In this document: positions 8,596-20,173 of the stretch, piece after piece
How positions within the stretch are numbered: position 1 is the stretch's first letter
Layout of the letters: every line of letters begins with the position of its first letter
Assembly (NCBI GenBank): GCA_024276305.1
Contig: JAJRXK010000108.1
Coordinates: 8,172-72,171 of the forward strand
Source: Candidatus Krumholzibacteriota bacterium
GTDB taxonomy: Bacteria; Krumholzibacteriota; Krumholzibacteriia; JAJRXK01
DNA length: 64,000 bases
Reading direction: 5' to 3'
Translations under genes and position numbers: made by a program
Notes under the pieces: generated by a model
What the model was told of the DNA's origin: nothing
What the model saw: the letters and a program-made list of their open reading frames with translations, nothing else
Database searches by the model: none

Positions 8596-10677
8596 ATGCA
8601 TCGACGCCTACTCTCCGTCGTCGTTCTCCTGCTGCTGCCGGGCGTGGCCGCGGCCGATTCTCACCCCTTCGACGTGCACGACCTGCTGGCGATGCAGCGG
8701 GTGTCTGCGATGGCCGTGTCACCGGATGCTTCCCGGGTGGTGTACACGCTGCGCACCACGGACTTGGAAGCGGACCGGGGAAGGACCGATCTCTGGATGG
8801 TCGATGTGGAGAGTGGCCGGACTCGTCAGCTCACCTCGCATCCGGCCTCGGACGGCAGCGCCACCTTCGCGAGGGACGGCAAGAGCCTCTACTTCCTCTC
8901 TTCGCGGTCGGGGACTTCGCAGGTGTGGTGGCTTTCGCTCGAAGGCGGAGAGGCCCTTCCGGTGACCGACCTCCCCCTCGACGTGGGCACCTTCCGAATC
9001 TCTCGGGACGGCACCCGGATCGCGGTCAGCCTGGAGGTCTTCGTCGATGCGGCCACCCTCGAGGAAACGGTCGACCGTCTCGGCGCCGGCAGTGAGGACG
9101 CGGGAATCGTCTACGACTCGATCTTCGTTCGCCACTGGGACCAGTGGAAGGACGGACGCCGCCGCCACCTCTTCGTCGCGCCCCTGCGCGGCCGTGAGGT
9201 GGTCGGGGATTTCGTGGACATCATGCCGGGAATGGATGCCGATTGCCCCAACCAGCCCTTCGGCGGGAGGAGCGATTACACCTTCACTCCCGAAGGAGAC
9301 CGGCTGGTGTTCTCGGCCCGGGAGGTGGGAGCTTCCGAGGCCTGGAGCACGGATTTCGACCTCTATCTCGGGTGGTCCGACGGCGAGAAGGCACCCCAGT
9401 GCCTCACCTCCGAGAACGAAGCCTGGGATGCCCATCCGGTCTTCTCCCCCGACGGATCCCGCTTGGCCTACCTGGCCATGCGAGAGCCGGGCTACGAGGC
9501 GGATCGCTATCGTGTCGTCCTGCGCTCGTGGTCGGGGGTCGACCATGAATTCGGGGAGGCAGAGTGGGTGACCGAGGAGTGGGATCGTTCTCCCTCTTCT
9601 CTGAGCTGGGCCCCCGATGGGGGAAGTCTCTTGGCCCATGCCTCCAATCTGGGACGTCGTAGCCTCTTCCGCATCGATCTGGCCAAGGGAGGGGCCACGG
9701 AGTTGGTGGCGGGGGGGAGCGTCGCCGCCGAAGCGGAGGTCGGTGACAAGTTGTTCTATGCGGTGAGCGGTTTCGGGGGGCCCACCGAGCTCTACCACGC
9801 CCGCCGAGATGGTTCGCGGGCCGAGCGGCTCACCCACGTCAACGACGCGCGGGTGGCCGAGGCGGAGATGGGAACCTCCGAGCAATTCCACTTCGTGGGA
9901 GCCAACGGCGATACCGTCTACGGTTGGTTGGTGCGTCCGGTACCTTTCGACCCGGCCCACAAAGCCCCGGTGGCCTTTCTCATCCACGGCGGTCCTCAGG
10001 GGAGCTTCGGCACCAACTTCCACTATCGATGGAATCCTCAGGTCTACGCCGGTCGGGGCTATGCGGTGGTCATGATCGACTTTCACGGTTCGTCCGGCTA
10101 CGGCGAGGACTTCCAGAATGCCATCCAGAAGAATTGGGGTGGATGGCCCCTCGAAGATCTGCAGAAGGGGCTGGCCTACGTCCTCGAGCAGAACCCCTGG
10201 ATGGATGGCGACCGGGTGGCGGCCCTGGGGGCGAGCTACGGCGGCTACATGATCAACTGGATCGCCGGAAACTGGCCCGATCGCTTCACTTGTTTGGTCA
10301 ACCACGACGGCCTCTTCGACACCCGAGCCGGATACTATGCCACTGAGGAGTTGTGGTTCCCCGAGCGGGACTTCGGGGGAACCCCCTGGGCTCGTCCCGA
10401 ATTCTACGAGAAATGGAATCCGGCCAACTTCGTGGGCAACTGGAGGACTCCGATGCTGGTGGTTCATGGTGGCCGGGACTACCGGGTCCCTCTGTTCCAT
10501 GGCTTGGCGGCCTTCAACGCTCTGCAGCGACGGGGAATCGAGAGCCGACTGCTCTACTTTCCGAAGGAGAACCACTGGGTGCTACGACCGCAGAACAGCA
10601 TCCAGTGGCACGAGGAAGTGCTCGACTGGTTGGATCGATTCAACCAGGGCGAGGCGCAGCCGGCCTCCACTCGTTGA
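8596..10677 (+). CDS. S9-family serine peptidase (prolyl oligopeptidase / acylaminoacyl-peptidase-like)
   Basis: Signal peptide. Beta-propeller-like N-terminal half. C-terminal hydrolase domain with GASYGGY nucleophile elbow, plus HGGRD and His near the C-terminus. Confidence 0.85.
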   Translation: MHRRLLSVVVLLLLPGVAAADSHPFDVHDLLAMQRVSAMAVSPDASRVVYTLRTTDLEADRGRTDLWMVDVESGRTRQLTSHPASDGSATFARDGKSLYFLSSRSGTSQVWWLSLEGGEALPVTDLPLDVGTFRISRDGTRIAVSLEVFVDAATLEETVDRLGAGSEDAGIVYDSIFVRHWDQWKDGRRRHLFVAPLRGREVVGDFVDIMPGMDADCPNQPFGGRSDYTFTPEGDRLVFSAREVGASEAWSTDFDLYLGWSDGEKAPQCLTSENEAWDAHPVFSPDGSRLAYLAMREPGYEADRYRVVLRSWSGVDHEFGEAEWVTEEWDRSPSSLSWAPDGGSLLAHASNLGRRSLFRIDLAKGGATELVAGGSVAAEAEVGDKLFYAVSGFGGPTELYHARRDGSRAERLTHVNDARVAEAEMGTSEQFHFVGANGDTVYGWLVRPVPFDPAHKAPVAFLIHGGPQGSFGTNFHYRWNPQVYAGRGYAVVMIDFHGSSGYGEDFQNAIQKNWGGWPLEDLQKGLAYVLEQNPWMDGDRVAALGASYGGYMINWIAGNWPDRFTCLVNHDGLFDTRAGYYATEELWFPERDFGGTPWARPEFYEKWNPANFVGNWRTPMLVVHGGRDYRVPLFHGLAAFNALQRRGIESRLLYFPKENHWVLRPQNSIQWHEEVLDWLDRFNQGEAQPASTR

Positions 10678-10678
10678 G

Positions 10679-11098
10679 ATGAGACAGGCTTCGACCACCT
10701 TTTGCATCGGCACTCCGGGACCGGGAACGATCGAGTTCACGGACCGGGTGCGCCAGTGGCTCGAGCAGGAGTCGGTGGTGGAGGGACTGTTGACCCTCCA
10801 CATTCGTCACACCTCGGCGTCGCTCTTGTTGCAGGAGAATGCCGACCCTCAGGTGCAGCGAGATCTCGAGCGATTCTTTCGGCGCTTGGTCCCCCCGGGG
10901 GATCCCCTCTTCGAACACGTGGCCGAGGGTCCCGACGACATGCCGGCCCATGTGCGTTGCGCTCTCACCACCACCCAACTCTCGATCCCGGTGGTCAGGA
11001 GTCGTATGGTGTTGGGGACTTGGCAGGGGATCTTCCTCTTCGAACATCGCGACCATCCCCATCGGCGGGAGGTCGCAGCCCACTTTCTGGGAGAGTAA
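10679..11098 (+). CDS. yjbQ: YjbQ/UPF0047-family protein (secondary thiamine-phosphate synthase-like)
   Basis: LLTLHIRHTSASLLLQENADP...DDMPAHV...GTWQGIFLFEHR. Start is 1 nt after the upstream stop (TGAgATG). Confidence 0.8.
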   Translation: MRQASTTFCIGTPGPGTIEFTDRVRQWLEQESVVEGLLTLHIRHTSASLLLQENADPQVQRDLERFFRRLVPPGDPLFEHVAEGPDDMPAHVRCALTTTQLSIPVVRSRMVLGTWQGIFLFEHRDHPHRREVAAHFLGE

Positions 11099-11101
11099 GA
11101 G

Positions 11102-11608
11102 ATGTCGCAGAAACTCCGCCGGGGATTCCTGGTTCTCATCGGAATCTTCGCCGTGGCCCAAGTCTTTCAGCCCGATCGTCAGCCTCCTTCTCCTTCGGCC
11201 TCCTCGATCTGGGACGAGCCGACTCTGCCGACGGAGGTCTCGGCGATCCTGTCCCGCGCCTGCTCGGATTGCCACAGCAACCGGACCGAGTGGCCGTGGT
11301 ATTCTCGGATCTCTCCCATCTCCTGGCTGGTGGCTCACGATGTCGACGAGGGGCGCGGCCATTTCAACTTCTCGCAGTGGAGTGACTACGAGCCCTACCG
11401 TCGCTACAAGATTCTCGAGGAGATCTGCGAAGAAGTGGAGGAGGGAGAGATGCCGCTGGCGATCTACCTCCCGCTGCATCCCGAGGCCAAGCTCGATGCG
11501 GAGGATCTGAGGACTCTCTGCACCTGGACCCGGACCTGGATGGACGAACTCCGGCCGCAGATCGGGGATTCACCGGACCGGTCCGAGGATCACGATCACG
11601 ACGATTGA
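11102..11608 (+). CDS. Haem-binding-domain protein
   Basis: N-terminal TM, CSDCHSNRTEWPWYSRISPISWLVAHDVDEGR signature. Confidence 0.7.
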   Translation: MSQKLRRGFLVLIGIFAVAQVFQPDRQPPSPSASSIWDEPTLPTEVSAILSRACSDCHSNRTEWPWYSRISPISWLVAHDVDEGRGHFNFSQWSDYEPYRRYKILEEICEEVEEGEMPLAIYLPLHPEAKLDAEDLRTLCTWTRTWMDELRPQIGDSPDRSEDHDHDD

Positions 11609-11707
11609 GTCCTCTACCCCTCGAGCCCAAGACCTTCGAGCCAAAGATGAAGAGGGCGCCCACCCCACGGTGAGCGCCCTCTCTCTTGGGGTCTCTGCCG
11701 TCGCCAG

Positions 11708-13081
11708 CTAGAAGCCCGCCGGACCGCCTTCGAGCAACTTGGCCTCGATGCGGCGGTTCTGCTCGCGACCCTCTTCGGTGTTGTTCTCCGCGATGGGATT
11801 CGCTTCGCCGTAGCCCACCGAGACGATCCGGTCGGGGGTGATCCATTCGAAGCGTTCGATCATGAAGTCCCGAACCGCGTCGGCGCGAGCCTGGGAGAGT
11901 TGCAGGTTGGTCGCGTCGCTTCCGTAGCTGTCGGTGTAGCCGCCGATCTCCACCTTCATGGAGGGCCACTTCTGGAGAATGCGCGCGAGGGTACGGATCG
12001 TCGAGGTGATCCCCGAATCGATCTTGGTCTTTCCGGGGCGGAAGCGAACGTCGTCGAGGACGAGGAGCTTGTCGGTGTAGAAGCCTCGCTCCATGTCGGA
12101 CTCGATCCGCGGGCAACCCTTCAGGTCCACCCCAATGCCCAGGGGCGTATCGGGACAGTCATCGAGTCCGTCGTAGACTCCATCGCGGTCCGAATCGATC
12201 GGGCAGCCCTCCTCGTCGATCACCGCTCCTTCGGGAGTCTTGGAGCAGCGGTCGAGGCCGTCGTAGACGCCGTCTCCATCGGAATCGGAGGGGCAACCCA
12301 GCGAATCCACCACCGCTCCCACCGGAGTGCCGGGGCACTCGTCGATTCCGTCGAACACTCCGTCTTGGTCGGTGTCGACCGGGCAGCCCTTCGAGTCCAC
12401 GACCACTCGATCGGCGGTGCCGAGGCAGTCGTCGAAGCGGTCGATTACTCCATCGCCGTCGAGGTCCTTGTGCCAGTCGTCCCCGAATTCGAGCTGCACG
12501 CCGACCGAGGTCATGAAGTTGTGGTGGAGCCCGTCGTCGAGGACCCCGATCTCGTCGAATTTGACCAGGGCGTCCTTGAAGTCCAGGCGGAGGGACCAAC
12601 GGTGGAAGGGCCCGTCGCCCATCGGCACCAGCACTCCCGCCCCGTAGGACCAGCCTCGGGCGCGTCCGCTGCCGCCGAGTCCTTTGGGGTCGAGGTGGAT
12701 CTCCGACCATCCCGCGGTCAGATAGGGAACCAACCGCGAATCCGGGAGGAATTGGTATTTGAAGTCGGCGCTGAGGTGACGGACGATCACCTCGCGACCT
12801 CCGCTGCGTTCGATGGTGGGCACGTAGCCCAGAGTCCCTTCGATGCCGAAGTTCCGGGTGAATTGGAAGCCCAGGGCTCCTCCGAAGTAGATGTCGTCGT
12901 GGACCCCGGAGAACTCCGACATCACTCCCGCCCCGGCCAGGGGAGAGAAGGTCACGCGGGCACCATTGGGCTTGGCCTCCACCGCGCTCGCCATCCACGA
13001 CAGACTGACGAAGAGGACCCAGGCGAGTCCGGTAGCGCGGCGGAAGAACGACGAAGGGGTGAACGCGGGTGTCGACGACAC
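11708..13081 (-). CDS. OmpA-family outer membrane protein with thrombospondin type-3 repeats
   Basis: N-terminal beta-barrel region, five DxDxDGVxDxxDxC repeats, and a C-terminal OmpA peptidoglycan-binding domain. GTG start at 13081 is preceded by AGGGAGG and followed by a signal peptide. An alternative ATG lies at 13183. Confidence 0.8.
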   Translation of the reverse strand: MSSTPAFTPSSFFRRATGLAWVLFVSLSWMASAVEAKPNGARVTFSPLAGAGVMSEFSGVHDDIYFGGALGFQFTRNFGIEGTLGYVPTIERSGGREVIVRHLSADFKYQFLPDSRLVPYLTAGWSEIHLDPKGLGGSGRARGWSYGAGVLVPMGDGPFHRWSLRLDFKDALVKFDEIGVLDDGLHHNFMTSVGVQLEFGDDWHKDLDGDGVIDRFDDCLGTADRVVVDSKGCPVDTDQDGVFDGIDECPGTPVGAVVDSLGCPSDSDGDGVYDGLDRCSKTPEGAVIDEEGCPIDSDRDGVYDGLDDCPDTPLGIGVDLKGCPRIESDMERGFYTDKLLVLDDVRFRPGKTKIDSGITSTIRTLARILQKWPSMKVEIGGYTDSYGSDATNLQLSQARADAVRDFMIERFEWITPDRIVSVGYGEANPIAENNTEEGREQNRRIEAKLLEGGPAGF

Positions 13082-13220
13082 GGGGGATACCTCCCTGGGC
13101 CCAGAGGGCCATGAAACGACGAAAGCAAGCGCCCCAGCGAGGGGCGCCTGCTCTATGGAACAGCCTCGAAGCGGATCGCGCAAGGGCTTCTGCGCCGGAG
13201 AGGTGGCGATCCCCTCCGGC

Positions 13221-14309
13221 TCAGTTCTTTTCGGGTCGGATCCAGTGGCAGGTGTAGCCGCCGGGATGCTTTTCCAGATAGTCCTGATGGTAGTCCTCGG
13301 CGTCGGTCCAGGGCCCCGCGGCTTCGATCTGGGTCACGATGGGGTCGTCCCACTGACCGGAGGCTGCGACCTCGGCCTTGATGGCCTCCGCGATCTCTCT
13401 CTGCCGCTCGTCGTGGGTGAAGATGGCCGAGCGGTATTGCGTTCCCCGGTCATTGCCCTGGCGGTCGACGGTCGTGGGGTCGTGAATCCGGAAGAAGAAA
13501 CGGAGGAGGTCGGCGTAGCTCAGTCGGCGGGGATCGAAGACCACCCGAATGCTCTCGGCATGGCCCGTCCGGCCGGTCCGCACCTGTTCGTAGACCGGAT
13601 TCTCCACCTTTCCTCCGGCATATCCGACCTGGGTATCGAGGACCCCATCGAGATCCCGGATCAGGTCTTCCATTCCCCAGAAGCAGCCTCCCGCCAGGGT
13701 GGCCACCTCCCGTCGTTGGTTCGTGGACACCGCGAGGTCCTCCTCCCTCAGAATCCCAGCTTTCACGAAATCCGCCGCATAGTCGCCATAGCCCTCTGCG
13801 ACCAGCTCCTCGGCCGGAATGAAGCGCAGTGCCGCAGAATTGATGCAATAGCGCAGGCCGGTGGGCTGCGGGCCATCGGGGAAGACGTGGCCGAGGTGGG
13901 AATCGGAATGCCTGGCCCGGACCTCGGTGCGGACCATCCCCGCGGTCTCGTCGCGGAGCTCGACGATGTTCTGGCGGTCGAGGGGGCGGAGGAAGGCCGG
14001 CCATCCGCTCCCCGAATCGTATTTGTCGATCGACGAGAAGAGGGCTTCTCCCGAGACCACATCCACGTAGATGCCCGGGGCATCGTGGTGGTAGTAGCGG
14101 TTCTGGAAGGGACGCTCGGTGCCGTTCTCCTGGGTGACCTGGTATTCGAGGGGATCGAGGCGAGCTCGCAGCTCGGCCGGAGTGGGCTTTTGGAAATTCG
14201 TCACGTCGGGACCTCGTTGGGCCCATGCGAGACCGAAGGTCCCGCCAGTGCAGACCATGCAGAGCCAGCACATCCACACGAGCTTGGGGTCGGGTCGGAA
14301 TCGTCTCAT
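13221..14309 (-). CDS. msrAB: Bifunctional peptide-methionine sulfoxide reductase MsrB-MsrA, secreted
   Basis: Signal peptide. MsrB motif RYCINSAAL. MsrA motif [11 protein letters not shown] is preceded by AGGAG. The upstream 580 codons of the listed ORF are non-coding shadow. Confidence 0.85.
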   Translation of the reverse strand: MRRFRPDPKLVWMCWLCMVCTGGTFGLAWAQRGPDVTNFQKPTPAELRARLDPLEYQVTQENGTERPFQNRYYHHDAPGIYVDVVSGEALFSSIDKYDSGSGWPAFLRPLDRQNIVELRDETAGMVRTEVRARHSDSHLGHVFPDGPQPTGLRYCINSAALRFIPAEELVAEGYGDYAADFVKAGILREEDLAVSTNQRREVATLAGGCFWGMEDLIRDLDGVLDTQVGYAGGKVENPVYEQVRTGRTGHAESIRVVFDPRRLSYADLLRFFFRIHDPTTVDRQGNDRGTQYRSAIFTHDERQREIAEAIKAEVAASGQWDDPIVTQIEAAGPWTDAEDYHQDYLEKHPGGYTCHWIRPEKN

Positions 14310-14347
14310 GAGCGCTCCTGGGGGAAGCCGCAGATGGTGCACATAGA

Positions 14348-17300
14348 CTAGACTCTGCCGTCCCCGGAGGCAATGGCCCCGCGTCCGAGTCTCCGCCGCA
14401 GGCGGCTGGGGAGGTCGAGGAGATCCTCGAGGATCAAGTAGCCGGAGGGCACCAGGAGAAGGGTCACCACGGTGGAGAAGAGCACCCCGAAGGCCAGACT
14501 CACCGCCAGCGGAATCAGGAATCGGGCCTGCAGGCTGCGTTCGAGCAGGATCGGAGTGAGTCCGGCGAAGGTCGTGACCGAGGTCAGCAGGATGGCCCGG
14601 AAACGGGCCGCTCCGGCGCGGCGCACGGCTTCGTGCATGTCGACTCCCTCGCGGCGCCGGCGATTGACATAGTCGACGAGGACCAGGCTGTCGTTCACCA
14701 CCACGCCGGTCAGGGCCACCATTCCCACCACGCTCAACACGCTCAAGGACATGCCCATCAGGATGTGTCCCCAGATCGCGCCGACCAGTCCGAAGGGGAC
14801 TGCAGTCATGACCACCAGGGCGTGGAGGTAGGAGCGGAAGGGAATGGCCATCATGGCGTAGATCACCATCAGGATGACCGCAAATCCCCGGATCAGCCCG
14901 TGCATGGACTCGCGCTGCTCCTTCTGCTCGCCTTCGATGGTCCAGTTCACCCCCGGATGCCGAGCCAGGATTTCGGGGAGGTCCTTCGAGGTGAGCGATG
15001 CGATCACTTCGGTGGCATTGGCCACTGCGTCGTCGACGTCGGCGGTGACATTGATCACTCGCTGCCGCTGCACCCGGTGGATGGTGGAGAATCCCCGGCC
15101 GAGCTCCGCGCGGGCGACGCGGTACAGGGGGGCTTCGATGCCGCCGGGGAGACGGATGCGCAGCCCCCGCAAGTCCTCGAGACTTCGTCGTCGGGATTGG
15201 GGATAGCGCACCATGACCTTCACTTCGTCTCGTCCCCGCTGAATGCGCTGGGCTTCCGCTCCGTAGAACGCCTGCCGCACCTGGCGGGCCAGATCCGCTT
15301 GGGTCAGTCCCAGGAGTTCCCCCTCGGGCAGGATGTGGAGTTGGACCTCTTGCTTGCCCTGGCGGTAGTTGTCGCGGATGTCCTGCACGCCGGCATAGCC
15401 CGCGAGACGATCCTCGAGTTCCGTGGTCACCGCGGCCAGGGCGTCGAGGTCGTGGGAGGCGAGTTGAATGTCGATGGCCTCGCCGGCCCGGAAGAGCGAG
15501 GATCGGAAGGAGAGGGCGCTGGCTCCCGGAATCTCTCCGCAGCCTTCTCTCCACCGTCGGGCGATTTCGGCCGCGCTCACTTCTCGATCGGCAGAAGGCA
15601 CGAGTTCGAGAGTGACTTCGCCGAGATGCGACCCTTTGAAGTTCCCCTCGGGAGTTCCCATGGGCCCTCCGCTCTCGAGGGCGCTGGGTTGGTCGCCGAC
15701 CGCGGCGTAGGAGTGGAGGATCACCGCCTGGCCTCCGGCCTCCTCGGACAAGCTTCTCTGGAGGTCGGCGGCGACCTTCTCGAGCCGCTCGATGGCCGCG
15801 TTGGTGGCCGCCACCGGAGTCCCGAGGGGCATCTCCAGCGAAGCGGTGATCGATTCGGACTCGACCTCGGGCATGAAGGTGAACTTCAGGAATCCGCCCG
15901 CGACAGAGCCGGCGGTGAGCAGCACGGTGGCGACGCCCGCCGCCACCGCGGTGTAGCGCCATCGCAGACAGAGATCGAGGAAGGGCTGGTAGCGCTCGGC
16001 CACGAAGCGTTCGAGACCTCGGGCCACGGCCTCTTGAATCCGGTACCACCACTGCGTCAGGCCCCGGTGCGAGGGCTGGGTTGGGGACTTCATGTGCTTG
16101 AGATGGGCGGGCAGGATGAGTTGCGATTCGACCAAGGAGAAGATCAACACCGGAATCACGATCAGGGGAATCACTTTCCAGATCTTCCCGGTATTCCCGG
16201 GGATCATGGTCAGCGGGACGAAGGCGGCGACGGTGGTCAGCACTCCGAAGATCACCGGGGTGGCGACCTCTTGAGTTCCCTCGACGGCGGCGCGCACCGC
16301 GTCGCCGTGGCGGCGGTAGTGGGTATAGATGTTTTCGCCCACGACGATGGCATCATCGACCACGATTCCCAACACCAGGATGAAGGCGAAGAGGGTGATC
16401 AGATTGATGGTGACCCCGAGCACCGGCATCAGCCAGATCGCTCCCAAGAAGGACACCGGGATTCCCAGACTCACCCACAGGGCGAGGCGGAAGCGCAGGA
16501 AGAGAGCCAGTACCAGGAACACCAGTACGAGACCGGTCATTCCGTTGCGCAGGAGCAGATCCCGACGGCCCTTGAGGTGGACCGACATGTCGTTCCACAC
16601 CGTCATCTGGATGCCCTCGGGCAACCAGGTCGAGGCCTGGTCGATGTAGTCGTAGACCTTCGACGCGATGTCGATGGCATCTTCGTCGCCGACTCGGTAG
16701 ACCTGCACCATGACCGCACTCTGGTGGTCGAAGCGTGACGACTGATCGGTCTCAGCGAATCCATCGATGACCGTGGCGACCTCCGACAACCCCAGACGGC
16801 TGCCATCCGTCTCCTGCCGCACCGCGATTCGGTCGAAGTCCCGGCCCACGTAGGCTTGGCCCACGCTCCGCACCAAGATCTCGCCCCCTTCGGTCTTGAT
16901 GCTGCCGCCGGGGAGGTCCAAGGAAGAACTCCGCACCGCCTGGACCACTTCGTCGAAGCTCAGGCCCAGACGACGCATCTGACTTTCGCTCAGGGCGATG
17001 GTGATCTCGTAGGGCCGGGCGCTCACGAGGTCGACTTGGGAGATCCCGTCGATGAGAGCCAGCTCGTCACGGACCCTCTCGCCCAACTTCTTGATCGAGA
17101 CTTCGTCCGCCGGGCCGGAGATCGCGACGCTGAGCACCTGGCGTCGCACGACCAACTCGCCGATCACCGGCTTTTCGGCTTCCTCGGGAAAGGTGATGAT
17201 GGCGTCGACCCGGGTCTTCACGTCGTCGAGGACTCGGCGCAGGTCCTCGCCGGGTTTGACCTCGATGGTCACCACCCCGCGGCCCTCGTCGCTGCTCGAC

Positions 17301-17545
17301 CGGATCTCGTCGATGCCGTCCACCCCTTGGACCTGTTCTTCGATCTTGATGCAGATCGACTCCTCGACCTCCGAGGGAGTTGCCCCGGGATAGGGGACGG
17401 TGACCACCACCGCGTCGGCGGAGAATTCGGGGAAGATCTCCTGCCGCAGGGTGAACACCGTGGTCAGCCCCCCCGACAGGACCAGAATCATGAGCACATT
17501 GGCCGCGACGGAATTCTCGGCGAACCAGCGAACCACGCCCTTCAT
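14348..17545 (-). CDS. RND efflux permease (AcrB/HAE1-like)
   Basis: 12-TM RND architecture, about 1065 aa. ATG overlaps the upstream adaptor's stop (ATGA). Confidence 0.9.
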   Translation of the reverse strand: MKGVVRWFAENSVAANVLMILVLSGGLTTVFTLRQEIFPEFSADAVVVTVPYPGATPSEVEESICIKIEEQVQGVDGIDEIRSSSDEGRGVVTIEVKPGEDLRRVLDDVKTRVDAIITFPEEAEKPVIGELVVRRQVLSVAISGPADEVSIKKLGERVRDELALIDGISQVDLVSARPYEITIALSESQMRRLGLSFDEVVQAVRSSSLDLPGGSIKTEGGEILVRSVGQAYVGRDFDRIAVRQETDGSRLGLSEVATVIDGFAETDQSSRFDHQSAVMVQVYRVGDEDAIDIASKVYDYIDQASTWLPEGIQMTVWNDMSVHLKGRRDLLLRNGMTGLVLVFLVLALFLRFRLALWVSLGIPVSFLGAIWLMPVLGVTINLITLFAFILVLGIVVDDAIVVGENIYTHYRRHGDAVRAAVEGTQEVATPVIFGVLTTVAAFVPLTMIPGNTGKIWKVIPLIVIPVLIFSLVESQLILPAHLKHMKSPTQPSHRGLTQWWYRIQEAVARGLERFVAERYQPFLDLCLRWRYTAVAAGVATVLLTAGSVAGGFLKFTFMPEVESESITASLEMPLGTPVAATNAAIERLEKVAADLQRSLSEEAGGQAVILHSYAAVGDQPSALESGGPMGTPEGNFKGSHLGEVTLELVPSADREVSAAEIARRWREGCGEIPGASALSFRSSLFRAGEAIDIQLASHDLDALAAVTTELEDRLAGYAGVQDIRDNYRQGKQEVQLHILPEGELLGLTQADLARQVRQAFYGAEAQRIQRGRDEVKVMVRYPQSRRRSLEDLRGLRIRLPGGIEAPLYRVARAELGRGFSTIHRVQRQRVINVTADVDDAVANATEVIASLTSKDLPEILARHPGVNWTIEGEQKEQRESMHGLIRGFAVILMVIYAMMAIPFRSYLHALVVMTAVPFGLVGAIWGHILMGMSLSVLSVVGMVALTGVVVNDSLVLVDYVNRRRREGVDMHEAVRRAGAARFRAILLTSVTTFAGLTPILLERSLQARFLIPLAVSLAFGVLFSTVVTLLLVPSGYLILEDLLDLPSRLRRRLGRGAIASGDGRV

Positions 17546-18705
17546 CGTTCCGACTCCCCGACCGGCTGAACTCGCATCGCTTCGACCACCGCGGAGAGGG
17601 GGGAGAGGCAAATGCGTTCGCCGTCTTCCAGCCCGCCGGCCAGGATCGTGTCCCTGCGGCCTCGCTGCAGGACTTCGACTTCGCGGATGTCGATGCGGTC
17701 CTGCGCATCCACGACCAGGACCGTGGAGTCGGGTCGAAGGGCGGCGGTGGGAATCCGGATCCCTTCGACCTCTCGTCCCAGGATCTCCGCTTGGACGAAC
17801 ATCCCCACCGCCAGGGGAGTGGTGGTGCCGGTGTTGCGCCCGTAGGGGTCGGCCACTCGCGCCACGAGGTGTACCATTCGGGTGCGGGAGTCGATTTCCG
17901 CTTCACTCCGCTCGATGAATCCTTCCCACTGCCCTTCCCGCTGGGCGAAGTTGCAGCGGAGCACCACTCTCGGGCCGTGGTCCCGAGGCTGGGCCCGGAA
18001 TCCCAGGGGCAGATCGAGGTAGGCCAGATCCGAGTCGGGGATCGGCAGGCGGATCTCCGCGTAGTCCACGGCGTAGACGGTCGCGGCCACCGTTCCCGGA
18101 GCCAGAACATCTCCCAGGTCGACATTCTTCGATCGGATTCGGCCGTCGTAGGGGGCCACGAGGCGACTGCGGTCGAGGTCGCGTCGGGCCTTGTCGACCA
18201 GGGTCTGGGCCGAGGCCACCGCGGCGCGGGCGGAGGCGAGCTGAGGCCGCCGGAGGACCAGATCCGAGGGAGGTCCGCCCTCGAAACTCTCCCACTCCTG
18301 TGCGGCCACGCTCCGTTCCTGGTCTTCGAGGGCCAGGCGAAGCTGGGCCGCCACCAGAGCCTCCTGGGCCTGGGCCAGGGTCACTCGCAGATCCCGATCG
18401 TCGAGGACCAGCAGAGTGTCTCCCTCTTCGAAGAAGGACCCGGGGCGGAAGTGGTCGCTCACGCGGACCACCCGTCCGCCGACTTCGGCCACCAGCCGGC
18501 TGGAGGTCCGAGGACTCACCGTGCCCTGAGTGCGAACGACCAAGCGGTGGGCTGCGAGGCGGACGGTCTGGACCTCCACTGAGGGAACCACTCGAGGACG
18601 GGGTTGGCGGTCGGGTTCGGCCCGTAGGCCGCGAAGCCCTCGCATTCCGAGCCCTCCGACCACGAGGATGAGGATGGGAAGCAGGAGAGGAAGGCGGCGT
18701 CTCAT
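17542..18705 (-). CDS. RND efflux periplasmic adaptor (membrane fusion protein)
   Basis: HlyD/MFP-like sequence. ATG preceded by GAGGTG. N-terminal anchor MRRRLPLLLPILILVV. Confidence 0.85.
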   Translation of the reverse strand: MRRRLPLLLPILILVVGGLGMRGLRGLRAEPDRQPRPRVVPSVEVQTVRLAAHRLVVRTQGTVSPRTSSRLVAEVGGRVVRVSDHFRPGSFFEEGDTLLVLDDRDLRVTLAQAQEALVAAQLRLALEDQERSVAAQEWESFEGGPPSDLVLRRPQLASARAAVASAQTLVDKARRDLDRSRLVAPYDGRIRSKNVDLGDVLAPGTVAATVYAVDYAEIRLPIPDSDLAYLDLPLGFRAQPRDHGPRVVLRCNFAQREGQWEGFIERSEAEIDSRTRMVHLVARVADPYGRNTGTTTPLAVGMFVQAEILGREVEGIRIPTAALRPDSTVLVVDAQDRIDIREVEVLQRGRRDTILAGGLEDGERICLSPLSAVVEAMRVQPVGESER

Positions 18706-18709
18706 GGAT

Positions 18710-20173
18710 TCACCTCGAAGTCGTGGAAGATGGGGAGGAAGTTGGCGGAGTCGGTGAGAGGCCTCCACCCAGGGCGACATGGAGGTCCACCCGTTGGCGG
18801 AGGCGCTGGGCTTCGAGAGAGACGAGTTGGGTCTCGGCCTCCAGGAACCGGCGCTGGGACTCCAACACCACCAGGAAATCTCCCACCCCGCGACGGTAGC
18901 GCGCTTCGGAGAGGTCGGCGGCCCGTCGGGCCGAGGCCGTGGCCCGACGGAGGGCCGCTTCCCGCGCGGCCAGGCCGGCCTCGGCGTCGAGGGCATTCTC
19001 GACTTCCTCGAAGGCCTGGAGGGCGGTGGTGGCGTATTGCTCCAGGCTCGCCCGCTGGGCCGCACGCTGAGCCTGGACTCGGGCCCGGAGACGTCCACCC
19101 TGGAAGAGGGGTTGGACCAGGTTTCCGGCGATCGACCAGATGGAGAAGTTGCCGTCGAGGAGGTCGGAGAGTTGGTCGCTGGTGGTTCCCACGCTGCTGC
19201 TCAGACTGAGGCGGGGCAGCAGGTCTCGGCGGGCCGCAGTCAGGAGGGCTCCACTGGCGGTCAGACGTCGTTCGGCCGCCACCAGATCCGGGCGCCGCAG
19301 GAGAAGATCCCCGGGCAACCCCGCGGGAGGAAGGGGCCGGAGGGGGGGAAGATCGCCATGCTCTTCGAGAGCGGCGCGAGGATAGCGGCCCAGCAGAATC
19401 TCCAGCTGCCGACGACTGCGGTCTTCGGCGGTCTGACGCTCCTCGAGGAGGGCCTGAGCCGAGGCCCATTGGGTGCGGGCCAGATGGAGGTCGAGGGAAG
19501 AGGTCAAGCCCCGTTCGTAACGAGACTGGGTGTGGCGAAGGGTCTGGGCGTAGGTCTCGACCGTGCGCTCTGCGAGTTCCCGCAGGCGACGACTCTCGAT
19601 CACCGCGGACCAGGCCCGGATGGACTGGGCCGCCACACTCAGACGCGCTCCTTCGAGGTCGGCCTGGCTGGCCTGCCACTGGGCGACCGAGGCCCGAGCC
19701 TGCTGGCCGAGCCGATTCCACAGGTCGATCTCCCAGGAGCTCTGCAATCCGAGGGAGTAGGAATTCGAAAGCGAAGATGCGGGACCCGGTCCCGGAAAGG
19801 GCAGACCCACGAAGATCTGCTTGCGCCGCGAGACCCCGGAGGTGGCCTCGAGTTGGGGCCAACGGCCGGCTCCGGCGATGGTCACATTGGCGCGGGCGGC
19901 CTCGACATTCGCGAGGGCGATGCCCACGCTGGGATTGTGAGCCAGAGCTTCCTCCACCACCGAATCGATGCGGGCATCGGCGAAGGCGGTCCACCAGGCT
20001 TCGGTCGGAGGAGGCAGAGGGAGGTCCCCCTCGGTGGAGGTCTCCCAGGCTTCGGGAATCTCCACTCGGTCTTGCAGGGTTGTGGGCCGCCCGGGTCCGG
20101 GTGCGGTCGCGCATCCCATTCCCACCGAGAGCAGAAGGGCTGCGACTACCCCTCGTGATAGGAGTCGTCTCAT
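18710..20173 (-). CDS. TolC/NodT-family efflux outer membrane factor
   Basis: Signal peptide, tandem TolC repeats. ATG preceded by GAGGTG. Confidence 0.85.
   Translation of the reverse strand: MRRLLSRGVVAALLLSVGMGCATAPGPGRPTTLQDRVEIPEAWETSTEGDLPLPPPTEAWWTAFADARIDSVVEEALAHNPSVGIALANVEAARANVTIAGAGRWPQLEATSGVSRRKQIFVGLPFPGPGPASSLSNSYSLGLQSSWEIDLWNRLGQQARASVAQWQASQADLEGARLSVAAQSIRAWSAVIESRRLRELAERTVETYAQTLRHTQSRYERGLTSSLDLHLARTQWASAQALLEERQTAEDRSRRQLEILLGRYPRAALEEHGDLPPLRPLPPAGLPGDLLLRRPDLVAAERRLTASGALLTAARRDLLPRLSLSSSVGTTSDQLSDLLDGNFSIWSIAGNLVQPLFQGGRLRARVQAQRAAQRASLEQYATTALQAFEEVENALDAEAGLAAREAALRRATASARRAADLSEARYRRGVGDFLVVLESQRRFLEAETQLVSLEAQRLRQRVDLHVALGGGLSPTPPTSSPSSTTSR

Noticed and set aside
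13082-13183. ATG at 13183 as the OmpA-TSP3 start
   Set aside because: It would add 34 residues with no signal-peptide character. The internal GTG at 13081 has an AGGGAGG site and is followed directly by the signal peptide. I kept 13183 as the alternative.
14310-16052. Upstream 580 codons of the 943-aa minus ORF containing msrAB
   Set aside because: This is shadow of the RND permease frame. msrAB begins at the ATG at 14309, which has an AGGAG site and a signal peptide.
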